Shown here: positions 16,334-25,592 of the stretch, in pieces
How the letters are laid out: each line of letters begins with the position of its first letter
Numbering within the stretch: the stretch's first letter is position 1
Virus record (IMG/VR): IMGVR_UViG_3300033434_000373
Location: 1 to 40,069 of that record
DNA: 40,069 nucleotides
Direction: 5' to 3' (one strand)
Source: a virus
Taxonomy: Duplodnaviria; Caudoviricetes
The notes under the pieces: generated by a model
Told to the model about the DNA's origin: nothing
Seen by the model: only the letters and a program-made list of their open reading frames with translations
Databases searched by the model: none
Made by a program: the position numbers and the translations under genes

Positions 16334-16362
16334 AATGTGTCTAAAAAAGGGAGGGTGATGAA

Positions 16363-16791
16363 TTGAAGAAGATAGTTGATAAAAAAGGAAGGGAAATAGA
16401 ATTAATAATTGGGGATGATGATACCGGGCGTGCATACTTCAATGGTGAAGAAGTGGGGCAGATCTCTTTTTGGGTAACCAATAACGGAGGAGATTACACT
16501 GAGGAGACAAGACATGCGCAGCCTCATACCATGAATGTCATTGATGGGTTTAAACGAGCTGGAATTGCAACCGAGATCATAAAATATGCAAAAGAGGTGT
16601 ACGATTCTGTATCATTTGCATCTGACCCAGGGACAGTGGAAGATAAAGATTATATTCATTATTCTGAAGAGGGACTGGCATTAAAACGTAATTGTGAGCT
16701 TACTAAGTTAACAGAAGATCCCGATGAGCATTTTGAGGATAATGAAGATTTTGATGACGAATATGAGGAATTCGAAAGCGAGAATCACTAG
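16363..16791 (+). CDS. GNAT-fold acetyltransferase-like protein with acidic tail
   Basis: GEEVGQISF, motif A-like MNVIDGFKRAGIATEII, SEEG; D/E-rich C-terminus; SD GGGAGG. Confidence 0.65.
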   Translation: MKKIVDKKGREIELIIGDDDTGRAYFNGEEVGQISFWVTNNGGDYTEETRHAQPHTMNVIDGFKRAGIATEIIKYAKEVYDSVSFASDPGTVEDKDYIHYSEEGLALKRNCELTKLTEDPDEHFEDNEDFDDEYEEFESENH

Positions 16792-16800
16792 TAGTTTATA

Positions 16801-16827
16801 AGAGGCGGTCGACCCCGTCTCTTTTTT
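16801..16827 (+). terminator. Intrinsic terminator after the TIR-GNAT pair
   Basis: AGAGGCGG-TCGACC-CCGTCTCT-TTTTT. Confidence 0.75.
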
Positions 16828-16861
16828 GTTATAAAAATTAGCCAGATTGGAAGGTGAGGTG

Positions 16862-17341
16862 ATGGCTCGAGGTCATGAAAACTTAATCCCGAATAGTAAA
16901 CGAACCCCGGACGAACTCCGGAAGATTGCTTCAGCTGGAGGAAAGGCCTCCGGTGAAGCCAGACGGAAAAAGGCTAACTTTCGAAAGACGTTGAACGCCT
17001 GGTTGACTGCAGAAATAGATAGCACAGAGTGGTCCCCGGTATTGGAAGCTATGGGGCTTGATAGTACTGTAGAATCAGCGGTCACAGGGGCTATGATCAA
17101 GGAAGCTCTTTCCGGAAATGTAAAAGCCTTTGAAGTCATTGCTAAGTATTCCGGCCAATCAGCTCAGACTGAGGCTGACGATAAGGAGCAGGAAGTAAAG
17201 GTTAAGGGTATGACCCTGGACAATGATGCTAAGCAAAAAGAAGTAAGCGGGGAAGAAAAAGGAGGCTTTAGCGCTTCCATCATAGAAGCTTACAAGAAAC
17301 GCAGAGAAGCGGAAGAAAAGGAGGAGCAGGATGGAACCTGA
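16862..17341 (+). CDS. terS: Probable terminase small subunit
   Basis: Immediately upstream of and overlapping terL; ENLIP...GGKASGEARRKK and A..GNVKA motifs typical of clostridial TerS. Confidence 0.75.
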   Translation: MARGHENLIPNSKRTPDELRKIASAGGKASGEARRKKANFRKTLNAWLTAEIDSTEWSPVLEAMGLDSTVESAVTGAMIKEALSGNVKAFEVIAKYSGQSAQTEADDKEQEVKVKGMTLDNDAKQKEVSGEEKGGFSASIIEAYKKRREAEEKEEQDGT

Positions 17342-18782
17342 TCAGGAAGCAATATTGTATTATGCAGATAACCCGGTCGAGTTTGTAGAGGATATCATTT
17401 GTGCCAAGCCGGATGACAATCAGAAGACTATACTCAGAAGTGTTGCTACAGAGCCCATGACTTCTGTCAGATCTGGGCACGGAATTGGGAAGAGTGCAGT
17501 GGAAGCCTGGGTTGTGATCTGGTTTCTTTGTACACGTCCATTTCCTAAGATTCCATGTACAGCCCCTACGAAACATCAGCTATTTGATATCTTGTGGGCT
17601 GAGGTCAGTAAGTGGATCAGGAGCAGCCCTTTTCTAAGCAATGAACTGGTATGGACTGCTGAAAAAATATACATGAAGGGTTACCCGGAAGAATGGTTTG
17701 CAGTTGCTCGTACTGCTACAAATCCTGATGCACTGCAGGGCTTCCATGCTGAGAATGTGCTTTTTATCATTGACGAAGCCTCTGGCGTGAAGGATATTGT
17801 ATTTGAACCTGTACTTGGAGCATTGTCTACCAAAGGTGCTAAGTTGCTAATGTGTGGGAATCCTACTCGTCTTACTGGATTTTTTTATGACAGCCATCAT
17901 AGGAGCCGAAGCAGTTATAATGCGTTGCACGTAGATGGCCGGGACAGCTCCAGGGTTGATATGGACTTTATTAATAAGATCATAGATATGTTTGGCGCTG
18001 ATAGTGACGTGTTTCGCGTACGTGTTGCAGGCCAGTTTCCCCGATCCACTCCGGACAGCTTAATTGCAATGGAGTGGTGCGAGGAAGCAGCCAAACGACG
18101 CATCGAATCTACCGGTAATAGAATTGATATAGGCGTAGACGTTGCCCGTTATGGTAATGACAGTTCTATCCTTTTTTCGGTTATGGATAAAGTAAGACCA
18201 GTGGAAGACTTTGAAGTCTATCATCACAATATGACTACGGAGATCGCAGGCCATGTGGTTATTATGATTAAGCGCTACGCAAAGGAGTACCTGGACGTTG
18301 CAATCCGGGTAAAGGTGGACTGCGACGGCTTGGGTGTAGGAGTGTTTGACATTTTGGAAAGCCGTAAAGATAAAATTATAGATGAGATATGGGAGGACCG
18401 TTGCAAGGCTGAGGGTCTGGATCCGCAAGTAAACTGGAATCAGTGTCAGGCAGTCCCCCGGCTGGATCTGGAGATCATAGAATGCCACTTCGGGGGCAAA
18501 GGCGGTAAGGTTGATGACGCGGATCCGGTGGAATATAGCAACAGCACAGGCTTGATGTGGGGAGCGGTAAGAAAGGCTTTAAAAGATGGCACCCTGCAGC
18601 TGCCTGACAATGATGCTTTGTTTTCTCAATTATGTAACCGTAAGTATATTGTAAACGAAGATGGTAAACTGGAATTAGAAAGAAAGGAAGCAATGAAGAA
18701 GCGCGGGGTTTCATCTCCTGATATTGCAGATGCGCTTGCCCTGGCTCTTTACGATCCGCCACAATGGAGCTTTAATTGGTGA
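17331..18782 (+). CDS. terL: Terminase large subunit
   Basis: Walker A SGHGIGKS, Walker B FIIDEA, GNPT, nuclease GVDVARYGND and SPDIADA. Confidence 0.93.
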   Translation: MEPDQEAILYYADNPVEFVEDIICAKPDDNQKTILRSVATEPMTSVRSGHGIGKSAVEAWVVIWFLCTRPFPKIPCTAPTKHQLFDILWAEVSKWIRSSPFLSNELVWTAEKIYMKGYPEEWFAVARTATNPDALQGFHAENVLFIIDEASGVKDIVFEPVLGALSTKGAKLLMCGNPTRLTGFFYDSHHRSRSSYNALHVDGRDSSRVDMDFINKIIDMFGADSDVFRVRVAGQFPRSTPDSLIAMEWCEEAAKRRIESTGNRIDIGVDVARYGNDSSILFSVMDKVRPVEDFEVYHHNMTTEIAGHVVIMIKRYAKEYLDVAIRVKVDCDGLGVGVFDILESRKDKIIDEIWEDRCKAEGLDPQVNWNQCQAVPRLDLEIIECHFGGKGGKVDDADPVEYSNSTGLMWGAVRKALKDGTLQLPDNDALFSQLCNRKYIVNEDGKLELERKEAMKKRGVSSPDIADALALALYDPPQWSFNW

Positions 18783-18788
18783 TAAATT

Positions 18789-20957
18789 ATGGATATTACA
18801 AGATTTTTTAGAAGCAGCCGTAGAGCCTCGGATCAATTTGATCGGAGATCTGGGAATAATCGAATGATCCCAAAATGGACCAGTCCTCCAAGTAGGAATA
18901 CTGCAGAATGGATGCAGTCATTTGGAACCAATCCCCGACTGGCAGTTGTCGATAAGATCTCCTCGGATCTTTCTTATGTAACAGGCAAGCTATACCGGAT
19001 TGGACAGAACGGGGAGAAAACGGAGATCCTATCCCATCCGTTTCTGGAATTCTGGAAAAGACCCAACCCCTTATACGAATTTACCTCGAGCGCTCTCTGG
19101 CGGCTGCAGAATAATTATCTGCTGCTGAAAGGTGAGGGCTATTTTATTATTGAACGGTATAATGACGGTTACCCCGCGGAGCTCTGGCCGGTTCCGACTC
19201 AATGGGTGCAGATGACCCCGTATCAGGGATTTCCCTTTTACACAATACGAACAACAGAGGGCGGGCTCATGGACGTGTCTGTGGACGATATGTTTGTTAT
19301 GAAAGACTTAAATCCACTGGATCCATATAAACGCGGGCTTGGTCAGGCGGAGCCGATAGCTGATGAGATTGAGATTGACGAGTACGCCGCCAAATTCCAG
19401 AAGAAATTCTTCTACAATGACGCCACTCCGAACCTGATTGTATCTATGCCAGGATCAACAGACGAGCAACAGACCCGATTCCTTGCAAAATGGCGTGAAC
19501 GTTTCCAAGGGGCAAGCAAGAGCCATGGAGTGGCTACTATTGGAGGCCCACCGGATCAGGCGGCTACAGTCACAAAGCTGTCCGATAATATGAAAGACCT
19601 GGACATGATTAATGGTCGTACTTTTATTCGTGATACAGTAATGGAACATTTCGGAATGCCCCGAGAGATCATGGGTATTACACAGAATAGTAACCGGGCC
19701 ACAGCGGATGCAGCTCAATATATTTACGCTACGAATGTACTTACTCCTCGTCTTATGGGTAGGCAGGATGCCATAAATCTGCAACTCCTTTCCTGTTATG
19801 GGGATGATCTGTTATGGGAGTTTGACGATATTATTCCAAAGGATAAAGAGTTTGAAAAAGGGGTGGCACTTGATGGCTGGAATGCCGGACTGCTTATGAT
19901 GAATGAATCCAGAAAGAAAATGGATATGGAATCGGTAAAAAACGGGAACGTTTACAAGATGGGATTTGCTGATATGTTCATAGGCGAAAATGAAGATCGG
20001 GTAAAACTCAGTTCTGAATCTGCCAATCTGCAGTATACGGATGTCCCGGATCCTTTAGAGCCAGATCGTAATGACATTGAGATCATACCGGATCAGGAAG
20101 ATGGTATAAGTCTGGAAGAGGAAAAGATCCTATCCAGGGCGTCTCAGATAAAGGCTCGGCGCATTCAGGCGGCAGGCCAGAGTCTGGATATGGTAAGGCG
20201 TGCACAGTCAAAGAAGTTTGAATTTGCAACCCTGAAATATTTAAAAGATCAGTCCAAACAGATACAGGGGGCGCTCCTGGGAACAAAAAAAGCAGACGGT
20301 ACCGTGTGGGACGCGCTAAATATGACGCAGGAAGAGTTTCAGCAGTTATCTGAGGCTCAACAGCAAGAGCTGACCATGCAATTTGTCAATGGCCTGCTGG
20401 ATTGGAAGAATGAAGCCTCGCTCCTAGAATCAATACTTACTCCCCTCTGGGCTGAAACCTACGATAAAGGAGCCGATAACATAGCAGCCACTTATCGAAT
20501 TGAAGCTATGCAGCGTCCGGCAATGACGTCCACTGCTCGGATCAGAGGAGGTCAGAGGATCACCAGGGTAACACAAACAACAAAAGCTAATATAGGTAGA
20601 ATCGTGACCGATGGTCTATTAAACGGAAAGAGCCACCAGGAACTTACCGAGGAGATCATGGACGAGATGAACACATCTGCAGAGCGCGCCCGGGTGATAG
20701 CAGCACAAGAGTGCAATACTAGCCTTCTGGCTGGAAATTATGATATGGCCAAGAGCGGAGGTTTCACTACAAAGACCTGGCACGTTACAAATATCAGCAA
20801 GGCCCGGGATACCCACAGGGGCCTGAATGGCAAGACGGTTTCCATTAATGAGCCGTTTATAACAGAACGAGGAAATAAGCTGATGATGCCATGTGACCCC
20901 GATTGTAATATTGCAGAAGAAACAGTGAACTGTCATTGTTTCCTGACCTATTTATAA
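18789..20957 (+). CDS. HK97-type portal fused to a Mu gpF/SPP1 gp7-like head morphogenesis domain
   Basis: N-terminal RPNP, LLLKGEGY, ELWP, FFYNDATP, FGMP; C-terminal RARVIA..E, KTW...RDTH..LNG...PCDP...VNCHC. Confidence 0.88.
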   Translation: MDITRFFRSSRRASDQFDRRSGNNRMIPKWTSPPSRNTAEWMQSFGTNPRLAVVDKISSDLSYVTGKLYRIGQNGEKTEILSHPFLEFWKRPNPLYEFTSSALWRLQNNYLLLKGEGYFIIERYNDGYPAELWPVPTQWVQMTPYQGFPFYTIRTTEGGLMDVSVDDMFVMKDLNPLDPYKRGLGQAEPIADEIEIDEYAAKFQKKFFYNDATPNLIVSMPGSTDEQQTRFLAKWRERFQGASKSHGVATIGGPPDQAATVTKLSDNMKDLDMINGRTFIRDTVMEHFGMPREIMGITQNSNRATADAAQYIYATNVLTPRLMGRQDAINLQLLSCYGDDLLWEFDDIIPKDKEFEKGVALDGWNAGLLMMNESRKKMDMESVKNGNVYKMGFADMFIGENEDRVKLSSESANLQYTDVPDPLEPDRNDIEIIPDQEDGISLEEEKILSRASQIKARRIQAAGQSLDMVRRAQSKKFEFATLKYLKDQSKQIQGALLGTKKADGTVWDALNMTQEEFQQLSEAQQQELTMQFVNGLLDWKNEASLLESILTPLWAETYDKGADNIAATYRIEAMQRPAMTSTARIRGGQRITRVTQTTKANIGRIVTDGLLNGKSHQELTEEIMDEMNTSAERARVIAAQECNTSLLAGNYDMAKSGGFTTKTWHVTNISKARDTHRGLNGKTVSINEPFITERGNKLMMPCDPDCNIAEETVNCHCFLTYL

Positions 20958-21021
20958 TTATGCTTTATTGAAAGCACCATGTGATGTATAATTAAGTCAA
21001 ATTTTGATGGAGGTAAGGAAG

Positions 21022-21924
21022 ATGGCTGCAGAAGATAAAGGAGTAAAGCCGAAAGAGCTAAACAATGTGGAGACTGGAGGAAAAAAGTGTTTTATTATAA
21101 CTCCTATTGGCGGAAGCAATTCCGAGATATTTAGACATATTAATGGTGTTATAATTAGTGTCATAAGACCACTATTAGAAAGCAGTGGCTTTTCAGATAT
21201 AAAGGCAGCTCATGAAATACCTGATCTAGGCTCCATCAATAATCAACTTGTTAATCGCATTATTGATGACGATTTAGTTATTGCAAACTTGACAGGTACA
21301 AATCCAAATGTAATGTATGAACTTTGTTTACGTCATGCCGCTGCTAAGCCAGTAATACATATTTGCGAGGAAGGAACTGATTTACCTTTTGATATTAGAG
21401 GAGAAAGAACAATATTTTATACAAATGATATGTACGGAGTCGAAGAGTTGAAGACAAAATTAGCTAAAGCCCTGAATAGCATTAATTACGATAAAGAATA
21501 TAAAGATAATCCTATATATTCGGCAATTCAAATAAGTAATATACTAAAGACGGATGGGAATGAAAAAATTGATACCAATAAGGTGATAATTCAACAGATG
21601 GAAAAGCTCTCTAATGATGTTGAAATAATAAGTCGGAGACTCAACAGTAATAATTTATACAAAAAAGAAACTATAAAAGATACTAGAAAAGATTATATGG
21701 CATTTACTATCTATGTTACAGATTTTACTACTGCTAAATTTAATCGGTTTATAAATGGTTTGTCCAGTCTAATTAAGGGTTGCAGTTTAACTACATCTCA
21801 AGAATTGATGCAAGTTAACCTAACCATTGGAAGACCTGCGGACGAAAATGAAATCAGAAAAAGTATTTATATGGTGGCCAATGAAGTAGGGATTAGTATA
21901 CAAAGCATTATTGTGTATTTATAG
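21022..21924 (+). CDS. Nucleoside 2-deoxyribosyltransferase-like (TIR/NDT fold) moron protein
   Basis: KKCFIITPIG, GSINNQ, DLVIANLTGTNPNVMYEL, KPVIHI, LPFDI; markedly AT-rich. Confidence 0.8.
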   Translation: MAAEDKGVKPKELNNVETGGKKCFIITPIGGSNSEIFRHINGVIISVIRPLLESSGFSDIKAAHEIPDLGSINNQLVNRIIDDDLVIANLTGTNPNVMYELCLRHAAAKPVIHICEEGTDLPFDIRGERTIFYTNDMYGVEELKTKLAKALNSINYDKEYKDNPIYSAIQISNILKTDGNEKIDTNKVIIQQMEKLSNDVEIISRRLNSNNLYKKETIKDTRKDYMAFTIYVTDFTTAKFNRFINGLSSLIKGCSLTTSQELMQVNLTIGRPADENEIRKSIYMVANEVGISIQSIIVYL

Positions 21925-21939
21925 ATTTAATAACAAAAT

Positions 21940-21975
21940 GGAGTTATGCATTAATTTAATGCGTGGCTCCTTTTT
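21940..21975 (+). terminator. Intrinsic terminator of the moron
   Basis: GGAGTTATGCATTA-ATT-TAATGCGTGGCTCC-TTTTT. Confidence 0.8.
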
Positions 21976-22010
21976 ATTATAGAGAATATTAAGGAAAGGA
22001 GGTATAAGCG

Positions 22011-22709
22011 TTGAGCCATCAGTATAAACAGATGCAGTTCAAAATGGGAGAGTACAACGAAGAAGAAGGAATCTTCTCCGGATACGGCGCCGTGTTTGAG
22101 AACATAGACAGCGGTGGTGACATTATTGAACCTGGGGCATTTACAAAGACCTTGGCAGAGGGGTGGGAGCGTGTCAAAATCCTGGCCTTACATAATGATT
22201 GCTGGCTGCCTATTGGTCGCCCTCTGGAACTTCGGGAGGATACCAACGGGCTCTTTTTAAGTGCCAGGGTGTCAGATACCAGTATGGGAAAAGACATTAA
22301 GATCCTGCTGAAAGATGGTGTACTTAATGAGCTATCCATAGGCTATGACCCGGTTGTCTTTGATTATGACAGCAACGGGATCCGGCACTTGCGCGAGGTT
22401 AAGTTGTGGGAGGTGTCTATTGTCACCTGGGCAATGAACCCTGAGGCTACCATTACCGGTTACAAGTCCATGCAGGAGTCGATGGTATTGGTTAAGGCTC
22501 TCGAAACAGAGTTGTTGGAAGAAATAAAGGCGGGAAGAAAAATAAGTAAATCCCGACTAAAGTCTCTGCAGGATGTAAGTAAATCCATGAAAACAGCTGC
22601 CAGAACCATTGACGCCGTTATTAAAGAAGCCGAGGGCGAGCAAAAGCGCCAGCCTGCAACCTATTTAAGAAAAGGGCGTGCTGAGAAACAAATTGAAATC
22701 TATTATTAG
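22011..22709 (+). CDS. HK97-family prohead protease
   Basis: FSGYGAVF, DIIEPGAF, LALHN...PIG, LSIGY, LWEVSIVTWAMNPEA; TTG start with SD AAGGAGGT. Confidence 0.93.
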   Translation: MSHQYKQMQFKMGEYNEEEGIFSGYGAVFENIDSGGDIIEPGAFTKTLAEGWERVKILALHNDCWLPIGRPLELREDTNGLFLSARVSDTSMGKDIKILLKDGVLNELSIGYDPVVFDYDSNGIRHLREVKLWEVSIVTWAMNPEATITGYKSMQESMVLVKALETELLEEIKAGRKISKSRLKSLQDVSKSMKTAARTIDAVIKEAEGEQKRQPATYLRKGRAEKQIEIYY

Positions 22710-22720
22710 AGGAGGACTAT

Positions 22721-24388
22721 ATGTCAAGATATAAGATGAGCCGTAAGGCAGCAAGAAGCAGAAAGTCAATGAAAATGGGAGCCGATGACCTTACCGAGAT
22801 GGTAAAGGCGGCTGTCAAAGAAGCGCTGGACGAACAGAAATCGGACGAAGGTGGAGAAGACGATCCGGAGGCGAAAGAGGACGATTTGGAGGCAATCCTT
22901 ACAGATGCCATTGAATCAGCCAATGCTAAAAGAAAATCGGCCAAAGCGGATGAAATCGGGACCGACGATGCAGAAGAACTGGTTAATGCTATTTTAGATG
23001 AAGCTGACGCAACGGAAGACAGTAAATCTGACGGTGACGACAGTGCCACTGATCTTGCAGATGTGATCCAGGCTGCAGTTGATGCAGTTAATGAAAAGAG
23101 AAAGTCAGCTAAAGCCGATGAGATCGGAACAGATGTGGTAGACGATCTGATGGAAGCCGTATCGGAAATCATGGGTGATGATACCGCAGATGAGGAAGCA
23201 AAAGGCAGAAAAAGCAGGACCACAGGAAGACAGACTAAATCAGCCAGACAGCCGAGAGCGGCACAGAAAGCCCCTCAGAGAAAATACAGCTCTATTTATA
23301 TGAGCTCTAAGGGAGGAAACATGAGTAAACAGAAAAAAGAAATACCACCCCAGATCAGACTGGCCCGGGCAATTAAGTGCCTGGACGTTTGGGGACGGCA
23401 CGATCCGGAAAATGCTGCGTATCAGGCAAGAAAACGGTACGGAGACACAGATATGGAAAGGGAATTTAAAGCGCTGTCAATTACGAGCCCAGCTGATGGT
23501 GGGTACTTAATTCCTGAGGTATACTCCAACGACGTGATTGAACTTCTTTACCCTAAAACGGTAATTGTAGAGCTGGGAGCACAGACGGTTCCTCTTACCA
23601 ATGGTAACTTGAACCTTCCCAAAATGACAGCCGGCAGCCGTGCGCAGTGGGGCGGTGAACAGAGGAAGATTAATCCGTCCGCTCCGAAGTTCGGCAACAT
23701 CAAGTTATCCGCAAAGCGTCTGGAGGCTATTGTACCACAGACCAGAGAATTACTTATGAGTACTAGCTTCTCAGCAGACAATATGTTTGCAAATGACCTC
23801 ATGCGAAGAATGCAGCTCGGTCTTGATTATGGCGGTCTTTATGGTACCGGTGGAGAATTCCAGCCGTTAGGAGTAGCCTACAATAAAGACATCCAGAACA
23901 TCAATGCCAAGACGATCGGAAATCTGGATCTTGCGGATAATACCGGTAAAATTACCGCAGACTTTCCTGTGTATGTAAGATCTACCGCACTGTCTAAGAA
24001 CATTGATGATATTAAGGCAGGCTGGACCTTTAACAGTATGCTTGAAGGCTACCTGCTAAACTTAAAGACCTCTACAGGTGCCTATATCTATCGTGATGAA
24101 ATGAATACCGGTAAGCTGTTAGGTTTTCCTTATAAGGTATCAAACCAGATTGCTACCAATTCAGGACTTACGGACCTTTTCTTTGGTAACTGGTCCGATC
24201 TACTTATCGGTGATCAAATGGGGCTTGAGACATATACCACACTGGACGGAACCTGGACGGATGATGAAGGTGTGCAGCATAATGCATTTGAGGAGAACCT
24301 GGCCGCCACCAGAGCTCTGATGTACGATGATATTGGCGTGCGTCATGCTGAGAGCTTCCTGTACTGCAAAAACATTAAAGTTCTGTAA
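22721..24388 (+). CDS. HK97-fold major capsid protein with long acidic N-terminal scaffold region
   Basis: DGGYLIPE, LLGFPY, FFGNWSD, D..VRH; follows the protease. Confidence 0.92.
   Translation: MSRYKMSRKAARSRKSMKMGADDLTEMVKAAVKEALDEQKSDEGGEDDPEAKEDDLEAILTDAIESANAKRKSAKADEIGTDDAEELVNAILDEADATEDSKSDGDDSATDLADVIQAAVDAVNEKRKSAKADEIGTDVVDDLMEAVSEIMGDDTADEEAKGRKSRTTGRQTKSARQPRAAQKAPQRKYSSIYMSSKGGNMSKQKKEIPPQIRLARAIKCLDVWGRHDPENAAYQARKRYGDTDMEREFKALSITSPADGGYLIPEVYSNDVIELLYPKTVIVELGAQTVPLTNGNLNLPKMTAGSRAQWGGEQRKINPSAPKFGNIKLSAKRLEAIVPQTRELLMSTSFSADNMFANDLMRRMQLGLDYGGLYGTGGEFQPLGVAYNKDIQNINAKTIGNLDLADNTGKITADFPVYVRSTALSKNIDDIKAGWTFNSMLEGYLLNLKTSTGAYIYRDEMNTGKLLGFPYKVSNQIATNSGLTDLFFGNWSDLLIGDQMGLETYTTLDGTWTDDEGVQHNAFEENLAATRALMYDDIGVRHAESFLYCKNIKVL
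22928..23134 (+). repeat. Tandem 56-aa duplication in the capsid scaffold region
   Basis: KRKSAKADEIGTD encoded at 22928 and 23096 (168-nt period), with synonymous divergence. Confidence 0.85.
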
Positions 24389-24400
24389 GGAGGACAACTC

Positions 24401-24814
24401 ATGAAAAGAGAATTATTTGATAATGTAAAATTAATTGTAAAGGCTGATAATGCAGTCATTGACCGGTCAGGATGTCTTTCCGGCGTCTTAGCAATATTCG
24501 TAGGAGCCATTACTGGCAACCCTACGGCTTCAGACCTGACCATTGCTATTACACACGCTGATACAGAAGATGGAACGTTTAAGCCGGTTACTGATACAAT
24601 GATCGGCATGGAGGAGCATCCGTCTAAAGATGGCGTCTTAAACAAGATTCCCGTAAAGGCTGATGATCAATTAACCATTAATTTGGATCTGATTGGTTGT
24701 AAGCAGTATATTAAGATTACACCCAGTATTAAATTTACCGGAGGTACCAGCCCTGCTGCCTCAAATGCTTCCTATGCGCTTGTGCTCGGGGATCCGAGTG
24801 TGAGCCCCTTGTAA
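24401..24814 (+). CDS. Virion structural protein (head decoration-like)
   Basis: Directly after the capsid gene; beta-rich; SD AAGGAGG. Confidence 0.6.
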   Translation: MKRELFDNVKLIVKADNAVIDRSGCLSGVLAIFVGAITGNPTASDLTIAITHADTEDGTFKPVTDTMIGMEEHPSKDGVLNKIPVKADDQLTINLDLIGCKQYIKITPSIKFTGGTSPAASNASYALVLGDPSVSPL

Positions 24815-24911
24815 GCCATGGATCAAGTCAAACGTCAGAATAAAATGATATCCGTAATCAACAGTAATAATAAGGGAGCTAAGCAGGCTCCCTCAGAGAG
24901 GAGCGGTCCTT

Positions 24912-25592
24912 ATGGCAGAGGAGCAGCAAATAATAAAGGCGCCGACGGTACCACTGGCATCAAACGCACTTACAACTTTAAGTGACATGATGGAATTCAT
25001 AGGCATGGATCCGGACGATGCTTCCATACCTCGGCTGGTGAAGAATAACCTCATAAGGCTTATTAATTCGGCATCGGAATATATAGAAACCATGACCAGC
25101 AGAAAATTTGCAATTACCTTATATAACGAAGGCCATTACGGAAGCGGAGCGCAGGAGTTATGCCTCGGGCAGTATCCGATCAGGGAGGTTGTTACTGTGG
25201 AGGATACAGAAAATGAATATGCCGTACCTGCCGATTCCTACTCAGTAGATGATACCGGGAATATAGGTGTTATTTACCGGGACAAGGGCTGGCCAGTACG
25301 AGGATACGCGAGCGGTCTTGCAAATGACCTGAAAGCAAGTCGTAAGTACCTTAAGGTTACATACAGAGCGGGCTTTGTTCTGCCCAAGGACGCTACGGAG
25401 GAAGCCCCTTCTGATCTGCCGTATGACCTCCAGTATATTGTCTGGCAGATGGTGCAGCAACAATGGAATCTGGCCAACAATGGAGCAAATGGATTGTCGG
25501 CTTTCACCATATCAGATGTGAGTTGGACTTTTGATAAGGAGCTTAGTACCCAGGTTAAAGACATTATAAACAAGTATCAGAGGTGGGCTTAA
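24912..25592 (+). CDS. Head-tail connector (gp6/gp15-like adaptor)
   Basis: LTTL, LINSASEYIE, V.YRAG, LP.DL; position. Confidence 0.8.
   Translation: MAEEQQIIKAPTVPLASNALTTLSDMMEFIGMDPDDASIPRLVKNNLIRLINSASEYIETMTSRKFAITLYNEGHYGSGAQELCLGQYPIREVVTVEDTENEYAVPADSYSVDDTGNIGVIYRDKGWPVRGYASGLANDLKASRKYLKVTYRAGFVLPKDATEEAPSDLPYDLQYIVWQMVQQQWNLANNGANGLSAFTISDVSWTFDKELSTQVKDIINKYQRWA

Noticed and set aside
24818-24985. 55-codon ORF between the decoration and connector genes
   Set aside because: No SD and a 74-nt overlap with the next gene; at best a remnant.
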